DNA of 63,282 bases, the filler included, from Octopus bimaculoides (taxonomy: Eukaryota): assembly GCF_001194135.2 (NCBI RefSeq). It is 6 parts of 5 records of this genome, joined end to end, with 100 filler letters (N's around TTAATTAATTAA, not from the genome) between each part and the next. Parts side by side here need not be neighbours in the genome. Positions count along the whole stretch, not along the records: positions 34,460 to 56,565 come from NC_069002.1; positions 56,666 to 58,717 come from NC_068983.1; positions 58,818 to 62,088 come from NW_026310629.1; positions 62,189 to 63,282 come from NW_026332636.1; 2 more parts are not named here. The stretch is one strand, 5' to 3'. Of the stretch, positions 52,381-63,282 are shown piece after piece. Positions within the stretch are counted from its first letter, which is position 1, and every line of letters begins with the position of its first letter. Below the pieces are notes generated by a model, which did not search any database, was not told the origin of the DNA, and saw only the letters and a program-made list of their open reading frames with translations. The position numbers and the translations under genes are program-made.

Positions 52381-52594
52381 CATTACTCAAAATTATAAAG
52401 CAAGCATATTATCAACATACATGAATGTTAACACTTTGGTGTCTAACAGAAAACACTATCTTCAGAAGGGTAATTGGAAAATGCCACGAGCGGATAATAT
52501 TGAAGGTAAGATACTGGCATTGAAAAATTAGATGAAAAATGCGAGACAGAGTAAAAGATGGGTTAATATAGAAGGAATATATACGGAATATATG

Positions 52595-52810
52595 AGGTGA
52601 CGAGTTGGCAGAAATGTTAGCACGCCGGTCGAAATGCTTAGCGGTATTTCGCCTGTCTTTACGTTCTGATCGCAAATTTCGCCCAGGTCGACTTTGCATT
52701 TCATCCTTTTGAGATCGATAAATTAAGTACCAGTTGCGTACTGGGGTAGATCTAATTGACTGGTTCCCTCCCCCAAAATTTCGGGCCTTGTGCCTAGAGT
52801 AGGAAAGAAT
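52595..52810 (+). mobile_element. SINE A2 (tail variant b)
   Basis: Family A head and body; tail ggttccctcccccaaaatttcgggccttgtgcctagagtaggaaagaat. Confidence 0.88.
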
Positions 52811-53943
52811 CTAGAAGGAAGAGAGAGATGGGACAATAAATAAAGGCCAGGAGAAGTGTGTTAGCTAGGCATAGAAATGTAAAGTGTAAGACGGAAACAG
52901 ATGTTAGGTGGCGAGGTAATAGAGGCTAAAAAATGTAGAAAGCGGGAAAATGTACAGTAGGAGTGATAGAGAAAGGAAGAACAAATGAGATGACTTGTTC
53001 GTTAGTGTAAGATGGCTGTACTTCTACAAGGAAGTGTTATAAAACTAGGAATTGAGAAGGGTTAGGGTAAACAAACGACTTAAAGTCATGATAACCAAGG
53101 CAGAGAAGTAGCCAACAACAGAGTGAAGAAGAAACAGTAACTTGCTATTGAACGCATCTAATATGAACTCCTCGTATTAATAAAGAATGGTGTGACGAGA
53201 AATAAAAGATATAAAGACAAACTGCAGCGTAATGTGTAAACGATGAAAAGAACCTATCACTGGAGAATGCTAAAGCTAACTGGATAATTTAAAATAAAAT
53301 TAAATTATATGCGTACCTGAAAGCAGATTTTAAACAGAAAGTTTAAATCAACGCTCAAATCTAGATAAATTATAATCCTTAAGAAACAAAACCATGAAGT
53401 TAATTATAAGATAATATACTGGGGGAACATTTAGAAGCGAGGAGATGAAGCTAAATTTTAAAATAGGTAATTACGTAAAATTATATTGATCAATTTGAGC
53501 AGATCGGGGTGTAGTAAAAGGAAAATGTTTTGTAAAATTAATAGTGGAAGGAGGTGAATACGGATCCCAATGTATTTAGATGAATATTCTGACGTATGCT
53601 TTCGCGAAATACCCTGCAGAAAAAAATAAATTACAGGGTATCAGACTTCTCTAATATTATTTTCTAGTTTCAATGATGGACTAGGAGGTATGCGGTATAT
53701 TTTGCCGTAGGATGGTCTATGTAAATTGACAGTGCATAGAAAAGTAAGGCTGAGTGTTGTTGACAATGACCTCATGACTTTTCATTTCAAATGTTAACAC
53801 TTTGTCAATCATGGTGGACCTCAAAGAAATGAAAAACCTTAACTGGTTTGAAGAATAATATACTGATGATTAAGTGTCCTCGCACTCATTACAGGTCTCT
53901 CCCTCTTTCCCTCCCTCCCTCCCTCTCTCTCGCTCTCTCTCTG

Positions 53944-54036
53944 CTATCATTTCTAGCAGACAAGGTGTCCAGTACTGAGGAGTGCCAGAAAGAGCCCGAA
54001 ATCGGGACTGGTCTGCTGGCCGCTAGGAGACGGTAG
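53944..54036 (+). ncRNA. Type-I hammerhead ribozyme candidate
   Basis: Stem I CCAGUA/UGCUGG, core CUGAGGA (53975-53981), stem-loop II (53982-53997), GAAA (53998-54001), stem III, GUC cleavage triplet (54011-54013); distal stem I helix uucuagc/gcuagga beyond an asymmetric internal loop. Confidence 0.75.
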
Positions 54037-54191
54037 GGGTTCGCTCCGCTACTCGCAATTTCATCGGTTAAAAAATCGCAGTAGAGTCCGTTCGAACGGA
54101 CAGCTATATTAAAGTGGCTACGAATATTACTTGTCAGTACAACTACTGCGTTGATCTCTTAGATATATATTAGAACTAGTTCTTTTATATT

Positions 54192-54223
<32 letters not shown>

Positions 54224-54289
54224 TTTGCTTATATATATATATATATATATATAATCAAATATGACTGAGTATGTTAGAACAGCTGTGAC

Positions 54290-54790
54290 TGTTTCGTAGT
54301 AGTCGTTTCTCTAGCCAAGAAAGATCAGTCATTTCAATCCTGCAGCTAGGAAATTAAGGAATTAATTCCAAATTAGCCAGGAATAACCGGTCCTTGATAA
54401 TCAGACAAGGGTCTCTACCTTTACTCTCGAATGATAATGCCCGACCCCACATCTTAAATCAGACCAATGCTGAATTGCAGCAGCTTAATTTTGAAATATC
54501 GTATCACCCTCTAAATTCTTCAGGTGTGTCACTAAATTTACTGTAAGACATATTTGTCACCTTAAGCATTCATACATGAAGAAAAGTTTATAAAAAAAAG
54601 TAATGACAGCACTTGAACAATTTATAGCTTCAAAAGATATTACTTTTTTTTCAAAGAAGTAATATGTTGTGTCCCACGGCGATGGCAAAAAGTTATAGGA
54701 GCTAATGGAGCTTAATTTGATAAATAAATAATGAGTATAAACAGTTTTTACTTATTTATTTCTAAGTGGCCATTTTATGTGGAACAACCT
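54290..54790 (+). mobile_element. Mariner relic, 3' half with right TIR
   Basis: NDNARPHILNQT, RWQKVIGANGA*FD; TIR aagtggccattttatgtggaacaacct followed by TA. Confidence 0.75.
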
Positions 54791-54858
54791 TACAAATATA
54801 CGTGTGTATATATTTGTATGTGTACATGTATGCATACGGCTGTATATTAGTATATGCA

Positions 54859-54947
<89 letters not shown>

Positions 54948-55497
54948 GTATATATATATATATATATATATTTGTGTATATATATATATATATATATATA
55001 TTTGTGCATATATACATATATATGTATAAATGTACACACCTTGTACATACATATACTAATATATATGTGTATGTATGTGTATATATGTGTGTGTGTGTGT
55101 GTGTGTGTACATAGATGCATATATGCTCTTCTGAATGTATATTCTTGTGTGCTCAATATATACTACAGTTGTTTTCTATATCACTGTTCGCTGACATAAG
55201 CACACGAAAAATGCTTACAGTACGTCATTACCTATATGGAGAAGAGACATCATATCATTATAGAGCCTTCCGCTTCGTACATGAGCCACACCTGACATAT
55301 GTCATACATTATTTAATGACTGCATTACCTTTAAGAAGCATCTTTTAATTATCAAAATGAAAATATTTCTAGAAAGATGAAAGGGATGTTACACATTCAT
55401 CCATCTTTCAGCTGGGGGTAGATCGAAGGGGCACAAACATCACAGCCAAAAGTATCTCCTGTATGGCATTCTTTGAACCAAAATATAAGCAATTATA

Positions 55498-55795
55498 CAG
55501 GGTGTCCTCAAAGTCTCGATACATGGGGATTAACATATACTTTAACTTTTAAAAATTATTATTTCTTATATTTAATTGTTTATGTTATGATTTTATTTAC
55601 TCCACGTACCCACATGGGGATTAACACATACGTTAAAAAATTATTATCTCTTATATTTAATTGTTTGTTATGATTTTATTTACTCCATGTACACACATGG
55701 GGATTAACACATACTTTAAAAAATTATTTCTTATATTTAATTGTTTATGTTATGATTTTATTTACTCCATGTTCCCAGACCATGTGGTCACCTTG
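55498..55795. mobile_element. Tc1-type MITE with three internal tandem units (~83-91 bp)
   Basis: TA-cagggtgtcctcaaagtctcgatacatgg ... ccatgttcccagaccatgtggtcaccttg-TA; units start at 55522, 55613 and 55696. Confidence 0.8.
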
Positions 55796-56347
55796 TACGA
55801 TCAATCTGAAAGAAGATAAAACTGTAATATAATACTTGCATAAAGTATTTTATATATGATGAATTTTCATTATAATTTCACACCATTGAATTTAGAAGCA
55901 GTAGATTCATACATTTTCTCCAGCAAAACCACTTTAAAATATCTTTCAATATGTGATAGACAAAATAATTTATTTTAATCTTTACGATCAATCGTTTCCT
56001 CCAACATATTCCCCTTATTTTGAAGTGTAATTGTTTTGTCGTACCAGATTTAAAATATTTATTCAATGAGTTGGTATTCATAAATACTTAGAAAAATATT
56101 TAAGCCATTGCCTTGTTCTAAATACTCACGTCTGTCTGATGGTAGTTGGGTGCACCTCTGAGTAATAGTCTGTGGAAGCCTTCTTCAACTCCGAAAAGGA
56201 AGCTGTTCTACTTTTCGTATTCAAGTGTTATCCTTTCTAACTTCTCGTATGTATGTCTCTTCCACTTTTTGTTATAAATCTTCCACTGAGGAGAGAGCCG
56301 GTTTCCAACAAAGATACAAGGCTCCATCTTTGGGATGTAGTTATTTA

Positions 56348-56565
56348 CTTCTTGCATGTCTATATGCTTCTTGCATGTCTATATGCTTCTTGCATGTCTA
56401 TATACTTCTTGCATGTCTATATACTTCTTGCATGTCTATATGCTTCTTGCATGTCTATATGCTTCTTGCATGTCTATATGCTTCTTGCATGTCTATATAC
56501 TTCTTGCATGTCTATATGCTTCTTGCATGTCTATATGCTTCTTGCATGTCTATATACTTCTTGCA
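56348..56565. repeat. 19-bp minisatellite cttcttgcatgtctatat(g/a), at least 11 units, runs into gap
   Basis: Directly visible; final base pattern G G A A G G G A G G A. Confidence 0.95.
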
Positions 56566-57131
56566 NNNNNNNNNNNNNNNNNNNNNNNNNNNNNNNNNNN
56601 NNNNNNNNNTTAATTAATTAANNNNNNNNNNNNNNNNNNNNNNNNNNNNNNNNNNNNNNNNNNNNTGTATACAGAAGCAAATTATCTTTACATTAATCAA
56701 AAGTTAAAATACAAAGGTGACAACAATTGTTAGACACAAATTGTTTTGAGAATAGATTTTAGTGCGATTCCATTGCGATACCTGTGGGCTATCACTTAAA
56801 TGAAAGTAACCAATAATGAAACACTGATAAGATAATCGAACTTTTCTATAATTCCCAAATAAATCGATGTTGACCAACTATGTTTGTATCATCGGAATAT
56901 CATATACTTAGCATGAGAAGCAAGACGTGCTTATAGCTGTGTGGTAAAAGACGTTTTCTTCGTAACTACGATGTTCTAGTTATATGTCATAGTCTCAGGT
57001 TGACTAAAGCCTTACGAACGAACCTTGTTGAATCCTTATGCAGACACAAACGTTTTAGCACACACACATACACACATATATACACACATATATACACACA
57101 TATGTATGCATACATACATAATTACGTACGT

Positions 57132-57171
<40 letters not shown>

Positions 57172-57342
57172 TGTGGGTTGATATGTCAAAAAAAAAAAAG
57201 AAGAAAAATGTGTTCTTTATCCATTGAGTTAAATAGATAAATATATTAGGAATTCATAAATGTATTATGATACCTGGAGCTGTCAACGCACTAGAAACTC
57301 GTGTTCTCGTTTCTGTGAAGTGTAATTCCTCAATTATAAACG

Positions 57343-57735
57343 CAGGTATGGCTTTGTGGTAAGAAGCTTGCTTCTCAGCCACATGATTTTTGGTTCAGTC
57401 CGACTGCGTGGCACCTTGATCAAGTGTCTTCTACTACATCTTCAGGCCCACCAAATCCTTGTGAAGGGTAGACGGAAACTGAACGTAGCCCGTCGTGTGT
57501 GTGGGTGTGTGTGTGTGTGTGTGTGTATTCTCTGTGTCAGTAGTTTTCTTCCATCACGGCTTCACAACCGATGTTACGTCCCCCGTAACTTAAAAGTTCG
57601 GCAAAAGACCTGATATAATAAGTTCTAAGACTTTAAAAAAAGAACTGGGGGTCGATCCATTGGACTAAAATTCTTCAAGTCGGTGCCCCAGCATGGCCGT
57701 AGTCTAATGACTGAAACGAGAAGTAAAACATAAAA
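57343..57735 (+). mobile_element. SINE B, full length, internal (TG)n
   Basis: Head gcaggtatggctttgtggtaagaagcttgc, CORE-like gcaccttgatcaagtgtcttctact, tail ggtgccccagcatggccgtagtctaatgactgaaac. Confidence 0.9.
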
Positions 57736-58817
57736 TAAACAAAACAAACGATAATCTCTACTCTCCGCTTCTATCCAATAATCACATTAATCTAACCTGT
57801 GTCATAAAAATCTACGGCTGTTGTTACATTTATACGAAGATAATTGCATCTATTGACCTCTAGATACCAGTGATAATCTCATAATAGCTTCAGCCTGTAG
57901 ATAGATATTCCAACACCATATCATTGATCGACCGTGAAAAATTTAATATTCTCTTTCAAAATTCCTTATACTTAGTAAACAATGTTTTACTTTTATGCAA
58001 TAGTTTCCGTGTCGTTTTGGCAACTGTTATATTTACGGTAACGTTCGTGTGACAGTTATATTTACATACACTACCCAGCAAAAATTATCGATAAATATAT
58101 TAAATTGTATATGGATAGGCAAGCATGTATACGCGTATGTTTTGGCGAAATACAATATTATAATATCGCATGGTATCCAACTTTGTTATCCAATATATGA
58201 GAAAACAGTACCATGTCGTGACTTCATTGCAAAATTGGCAAAGGAGAAATATGTGTCCATTTATTTATTTTTTACCTTTTTATAAATATCTTTTTTTCTT
58301 ATTCCAATAATTCATATTCATCTTACATAACAATGTTATTCACCTCTCGGTTTTACTTTCTTCTCCTTTATCATATTTAAAACTGATGTATCGTAACGGA
58401 TGTTTATCCTCATTGCGCAAATATTTACATATGATACATATGTGTGTATGCACACGTAAATATGTACATATAAATTGATATATAAATTGATATACATATA
58501 TATATATATATATATTTCTGTGATGTATATATGTATATAAGTATATATATGTATGTATAATATTTAGCATAGTTATTATTTTTTAAATTTTGGTTCAGAC
58601 ACATGTAAATGAAATAATGATACATGTGCCTGCTACTCAATGTGTTGAGTGCCTTTTTCTTTCGTTTGCTCACGCACTTGTATGCATGTGTATGTATATA
58701 TATATATATATATATATNNNNNNNNNNNNNNNNNNNNNNNNNNNNNNNNNNNNNNNNNNNNTTAATTAATTAANNNNNNNNNNNNNNNNNNNNNNNNNNN
58801 NNNNNNNNNNNNNNNNN

Positions 58818-58854
<37 letters not shown>

Positions 58855-58855
<1 letters not shown>

Positions 58856-59640
58856 AAAATTCTACATCTTCAATTCCGACGTGAAGGCCGTTCTTCTTTA
58901 CTGTTCGGAAACACCGAGGGTTACCAAAGCCGTAAAGAATAATCTACAGACCTTTGTCAATAAATACCTGTTCTACATCCTGATGGCTGGATAGAATTTC
59001 AAAGAGAAGCCTGTGAGAGAGAACGAACCCAACACTCACCAATCAGAAGATTCTGAAAAGGAAATGAAGCTGGATCGGTCACACTCTAAAAAGTCCTCCA
59101 AGTAGAACTGCAAAACAAGTACACTGATATCTCAGTGCTACGGGCCTCCCTTTAACGGGACAAAACCACGTCATATCAACAATACCTCTTCACCAACCAT
59201 GGTAAATCTGACTTTAAACTAAAAATGTTGAGTTTACAGTATTATAAGTGTATCTTTACAGTGTACAGATATTTTACACTGTCAGGTTGGATAGTGTTTG
59301 ATTAAAAGTACGGTCCTGTATTTATTTCTCTGTCTTTCATAATGTAATTGTTGATATTGGACATTCCTAACGTAACCTAACCTTAATGTTGGTATCTACA
59401 GACAACTGGCTTCATCGGACCGATGTTCCCCGTTTGTAGTCCGTAGTACCGAGCTATGGGTGTATTAGATTGGCAACCTGAAGGAAAGAGGGAAGTTGGA
59501 TGACCTAAGAAGACCTGGAAAGGATGCGTGGAGAATGAAGCGAAAGCAATCAGTCTGTCTTGGTCTGAAACGAAAGAGGTGGTCCAAGATCGGGTCCACT
59601 GGCATGAAATGGTCGTGGACCTATCCTGCTCATGGAGTAA
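58855..59640 (+). mobile_element. RTE-BovB-like LINE 3' relic split by a ~300 bp insertion (~59135-59450)
   Basis: YIFNSDVKAVLLYCSET...LQTFVNKYL and KRK*SWIGHTL (58855-59110); VLDWQPEGKREVG*PKKTWKGCVENEAKAISLSWSETKEVVQDRVHW (59450-59640). Confidence 0.8.
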
Positions 59641-59649
59641 TGTGGAATG

Positions 59650-59960
59650 CCTAAGGGGATGCCCTGTCCATGGTACTGTCCATGATAGCCGATGCTGGAC
59701 AAGTCGTTCCAGATGAAACGGGAAAGGAATGTGGAGATTTTTCCATCTCTGTACCCGAAGGAGTACATATGCTGTGTATATCTTTCCTTAAATTTATTGG
59801 TTGTCATGCTCCCGTGTTGTGTCTTGTAATGCCGTCGGATAATTTGAAACAAACAACCTTTGAGAAGCAGGATACTCCTAGTGGGAATTGGTAAGATTTC
59901 GACAGTGACCTGTTGGAATGTGGATAGGAGTCTGTGTAGTGGTGTGTTTGTGTCTATTGT
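59650..59960 (-). pseudogene. Penelope-like element GIY-YIG endonuclease relic
   Basis: GCLFQII....GSMTTNKFKERYTQHMYSFGYRDGKISTFLSRFIW matches the PLE pattern GxTxxxFKxRYxxHxxSF....STxLSxxIW. Confidence 0.7.
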
Positions 59961-60394
59961 AGCGTGCGATATTTGAAGCGATGTTGTATTAACACGAATA
60001 ATTATTACGTGCACATCAAAACTTCTATACAGATATCGGCTACCATATGCTATCGTGTACCAGGTTTAGGCCTTATACTGGATATACATGTGGAACTCGG
60101 TTAGTGTGTGGAATTTATATAAAAATTTATACAAAAATATCGAATAAACACGCATTCATTATAAAAGACAGCAATTGTTTTTGTGCAGTGGTAAGAACTG
60201 TTAGTTACTGAGTTTTATGTAACACACTTATTTGATATACATTTACCTATGCAACTATGTATAAAATAATTTAAGTTATAGTATGATACTGGAAGTTCAG
60301 TAAGAAACAGCTGTTACCACAGCACAGAAACAACTGTATATTGTAATTAAAGCTTGTTTATTCCATCTTCATGTGGTCTAGATTTATAAATATA

Positions 60395-60545
60395 TAGCTT
60401 CCGTTTACCAAATATACCCACAACGATATTAATCGGCCCGGAGCCATAGTAGAAGCGTGTTACGCAAGTTGTCACAAAGTGGAATTAAAACCGAAAACAC
60501 ACGGACGCAAACCGAGTTTCTTAATCACGTGGTCATACCTGCGTT
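60395..60545 (-). mobile_element. Degenerate SINE B 5' half
   Basis: ttccgtttaccaaat...atcggcccggagccatagtagaag...catacctgcg. Confidence 0.55.
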
Positions 60546-60944
60546 TATAAATACAAGCTGTCTATAAATTATCTTTACAATTTGAAAGTTGCAGAAAAAA
60601 ATGACAAATAAAAATAACTCAGACAAATTTACTGGAAAACATAGGCAAAGAGATAAAGTTTTATTAGAAATATTACAACTCTTTTCCAGGTTGTCTCTGT
60701 TAGTTGTACACAATAAATTAGATACAATAAATAGTTATAAAGATAATTTATGGACAGGCTGTATGTGTTCTATAACTCTTTCTTATAAAGAATCTGTTTG
60801 TAAACCAGGTGGGACAAAAAATGGATCATCGATCGATTTTCAGAAATGTGCCGTTATATGTATTGAAGTTTTTCTTATCCGGTTCCAATTCAGATGAAAT
60901 GGCCATAAAATGTAAGAACGCTTCCTCAAAATTGTGCTGTATAC

Positions 60945-61165
60945 CTTTTATCTTTATTTGTTTCAGTGGTCCAATTGGGGCCATGCTGGAGCACCGCATT
61001 TAAAGGTTTTATTGGAAGAGCTCGATTTCAGTTCTTAATGTTTTTCATGTATCGGGTACTTATTACTTTTGCAGCACCACTATGTTATGGTGACGCAAAC
61101 AAAACAACAGCGGTTGTCAAACGGTGGTTGTGGGGACAAACAAACATAGACACACACGTACATAC
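60945..61165 (-). mobile_element. SINE B 3' half
   Basis: ggccatgctggagcaccgc; cggttgtcaaacggtggttgtggggacaaac. Confidence 0.75.
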
Positions 61166-61192
61166 GTATACGTCTCCATGTATCGACTAAAC

Positions 61193-61790
61193 CAGTGATT
61201 CTCACCCGGGGGTCATGTGGCCCCTGAGCGCATATTTAAGATTTTTTGGGTCCACGCAACAAAATAGTAAATCGGACATCCAGAATAATATCTTAAGGGC
61301 CCCAGAGAGGATTTTGCTTTAGATGTATGTATTGGAATGTATTGCAAGAAACAGTGAGGTTTCTTTCCCTAACATTTTACAGAGTTCAACCTACACAAGT
61401 TAGGAAAACAACAAAATAGGGATTGTGAAAGGAGTTTCTATAAAACTAGTTTTTAAACATCGAATGGCTGTGGGGGTCCACCAGAATGAAATAGTAATCA
61501 GAGGGTTCCATAGATAGAAAATAGTTAAGAACCCCTGCTTTAGATGTATATAATGGTATGTATTACAAGAAACAGCTGGGTTTCTTTCTCTGACGCTTTA
61601 CATAATTCAACCTACACAAGTTAATGTTTGGAAAACAAAATGGGAATTTTGGAAGAAGATTCTATAAAATTAGTTTTTAAACATCGAATGGCCATGCTGG
61701 GTCCACCAGAATAAAATAGTAATTGAAGTGTTCCATAGATAAAAAATGGTTGAGAACTCCTGCTTTAGATGTATGTATTGGTATGTATTC
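61193..61790 (+). mobile_element. hAT (Charlie-like) MITE with tandem reiteration of its 3' ~221-225 bp
   Basis: Left TIR cagtgattctca (61193); right TIRs ttaagaacccctg (ends 61537) and ttgagaactcctg (ends 61762), each followed by ctttagatgtat. Confidence 0.75.
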
Positions 61791-61987
61791 TTTTTTACTT
61801 TAGGCATAAGCCCCGAAATTTTTGGGGAGGGAGCCAGTCGATTAGATCGACCACAGTACGCAACTGGTACTTAATTTATGGACCCCGAAAGGATGAAAGG
61901 GAAAGTCGGCCTCGGTGAAATTTTAAGTCAGAACGTAAAGACGGACGAAATGCCGCTAAGCATTTCGCCCGGCGTGGCTAACGTTTC
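61789..61987 (-). mobile_element. SINE A2 (variant b) lacking the start of the A-box, fused to an A1 tail
   Basis: taggcataagccccgaaatttttggggagggagcc tail ... ggcgtggctaacgtttc. Confidence 0.85.
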
Positions 61988-62088
61988 TTATTTCTTTACT
62001 GCCCACAAGGGGCTATACACAGAGGGGACAAACAAGGACAGACAAACGGATTAAGTCGATTAGATCGACCCCAGTGCGTAACTGGTAC
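61985..62088 (-). mobile_element. SINE A1 3' half, cut by gap
   Basis: ttcttatttctttactgcccacaaggggcta...ggacaaacaaggacagacaaacggattaagtcg. Confidence 0.85.
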
Positions 62089-63049
62089 NNNNNNNNNNNN
62101 NNNNNNNNNNNNNNNNNNNNNNNNNNNNNNNNTTAATTAATTAANNNNNNNNNNNNNNNNNNNNNNNNNNNNNNNNNNNNNNNNNNNNAAAACTGATGCT
62201 TGACTTACCTTCTAAATAACAAAGCATTCTGGAGAGAAAGACATGAAATTTTTAGAACTTATTTACGAAAAGTGAAATTACCTGGCGACAACTTCTGTAG
62301 TTAGAAGAAAAGAAAGTTCAAGTTGCCCACCAATTTTTGTAAGAGTGGAAAAACTCGGGAGAGTTTTGTTTTAAAGACATCATCTTTTCGAAGCCAACGC
62401 AAAAAGAAATCAATCGCGAAATATCCTGAATTTATTTTTAAATCATCAGAACGAAGTGAATTAATGATTATTAGGAATGAAAGGAGAGGTAATTACTGAA
62501 ATTGCTTTATAATTCTATAATATAAAATACTGTAACTAACTTGTGCTTTCATTACATTAGGTTTACCATTATAATTTCTCATTTCCAAAGGGAATGGAAA
62601 GGGTAGGGATGGATTTGTAGAAATCATGAATCGACTGATAAAATATTTTTAGTATTCAGTCACGTATCTTAATATTCTCTTTAGAATCCCACCGTGGTGG
62701 ATATTGTAGTTCGTCTATGTGCCTCGTATGTCCCTTATGTCTATAACAGAAATCCTTTTTAGAAAAGGGCAGTGAATGAGAGAATCAATGAAGCTCTCTC
62801 GAATTAAAATGCCATTATGTAATCTCTATTCGACTTCCCCTTTCGTATTTAACGAAATGAGAAAACGAAGCTTAAATGACATCGAATCAATTTTATATTT
62901 TCGCTTAAGAAAAATCGTGACCTTCTACCAGTGTAAAAATAATTATGTTTTAGATAAAGAGTAATATTTAAGGATATAGAAGTTAAGATTCCTGGCTGTC
63001 AACCTGGCGTCCCGGTCTCCATTCCCGTCATGGGAACGGCAATGTTTTT

Positions 63050-63210
63050 AGGTGCAGATGTTCCTGTACTGTAAGAGGTTTGCTTCCCAGCCACATAGTT
63101 CCAGATTCTGTCCCATTGCGTGGCACCAGCGCCAGGGGCAATTTAGTTTAAATCTCAGCCGATAAAATCCTTTTTCAACGTATATGACGGACGAAAACTG
63201 AAAGAAACCC
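63050..63210 (+). mobile_element. Degenerate SINE B 5' half
   Basis: gtaagaggtttgcttcccagccacatagttcc...cccattgcgtggcacc...gaaaactgaaagaaaccc. Confidence 0.65.
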
Positions 63211-63213
63211 ACA

Positions 63214-63282
<69 letters not shown>

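Noticed and set aside
54017-54047. Possible Pol III A-box (tggccgctagg) and B-box (ggttcgctcc) after the hammerhead
   Set aside because: Both deviate from consensus and are only ~10 nt apart, too close for a type-2 promoter.
54170-54181. CTAGT near the end of the hammerhead unit as a Helitron 3' terminus
   Set aside because: No GC hairpin at the expected ~10-nt distance and no matching 5' TC end.
56284-56305. CTGAGGA followed by ccggtttcc
   Set aside because: The GAAA would lie on the opposite strand to the CUGANGA core; not a hammerhead.

Overview
AT-rich, microsatellite-dense eukaryotic DNA with many N gaps. The SINE repertoire and repeat landscape suggest a coleoid cephalopod, probably Octopus (inference, not verified). 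I recognise no host protein-coding exon; most ORFs in the track are microsatellite or gap artefacts. The window holds one intact intron-containing tRNA-Tyr(GTA) gene and several tRNA-derived SINE families (working labels A1/A2, B, C/D). It also holds LINE relics (CR1/L2-group, L1-Tx1, RTE, R4/Dong, Penelope GIY-YIG), many Tc1/mariner relics and MITEs, hAT and piggyBac-type MITEs and a non-autonomous Helitron. Most notable: (i) a type-I hammerhead ribozyme candidate with a canonical core at 53944-54036, inside a structured ~240 bp retrozyme-sized unit; (ii) a dispersed short repeat (family E) carrying a minimal hammerhead-like motif with an atypical core; (iii) three cases of SINE A1 joined to the same position in the head of another SINE; (iv) a SINE B/LINE shared 3' tail; (v) two MITEs with internal tandem amplification. 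Boundaries of degenerate elements are approximate and were set by eye.
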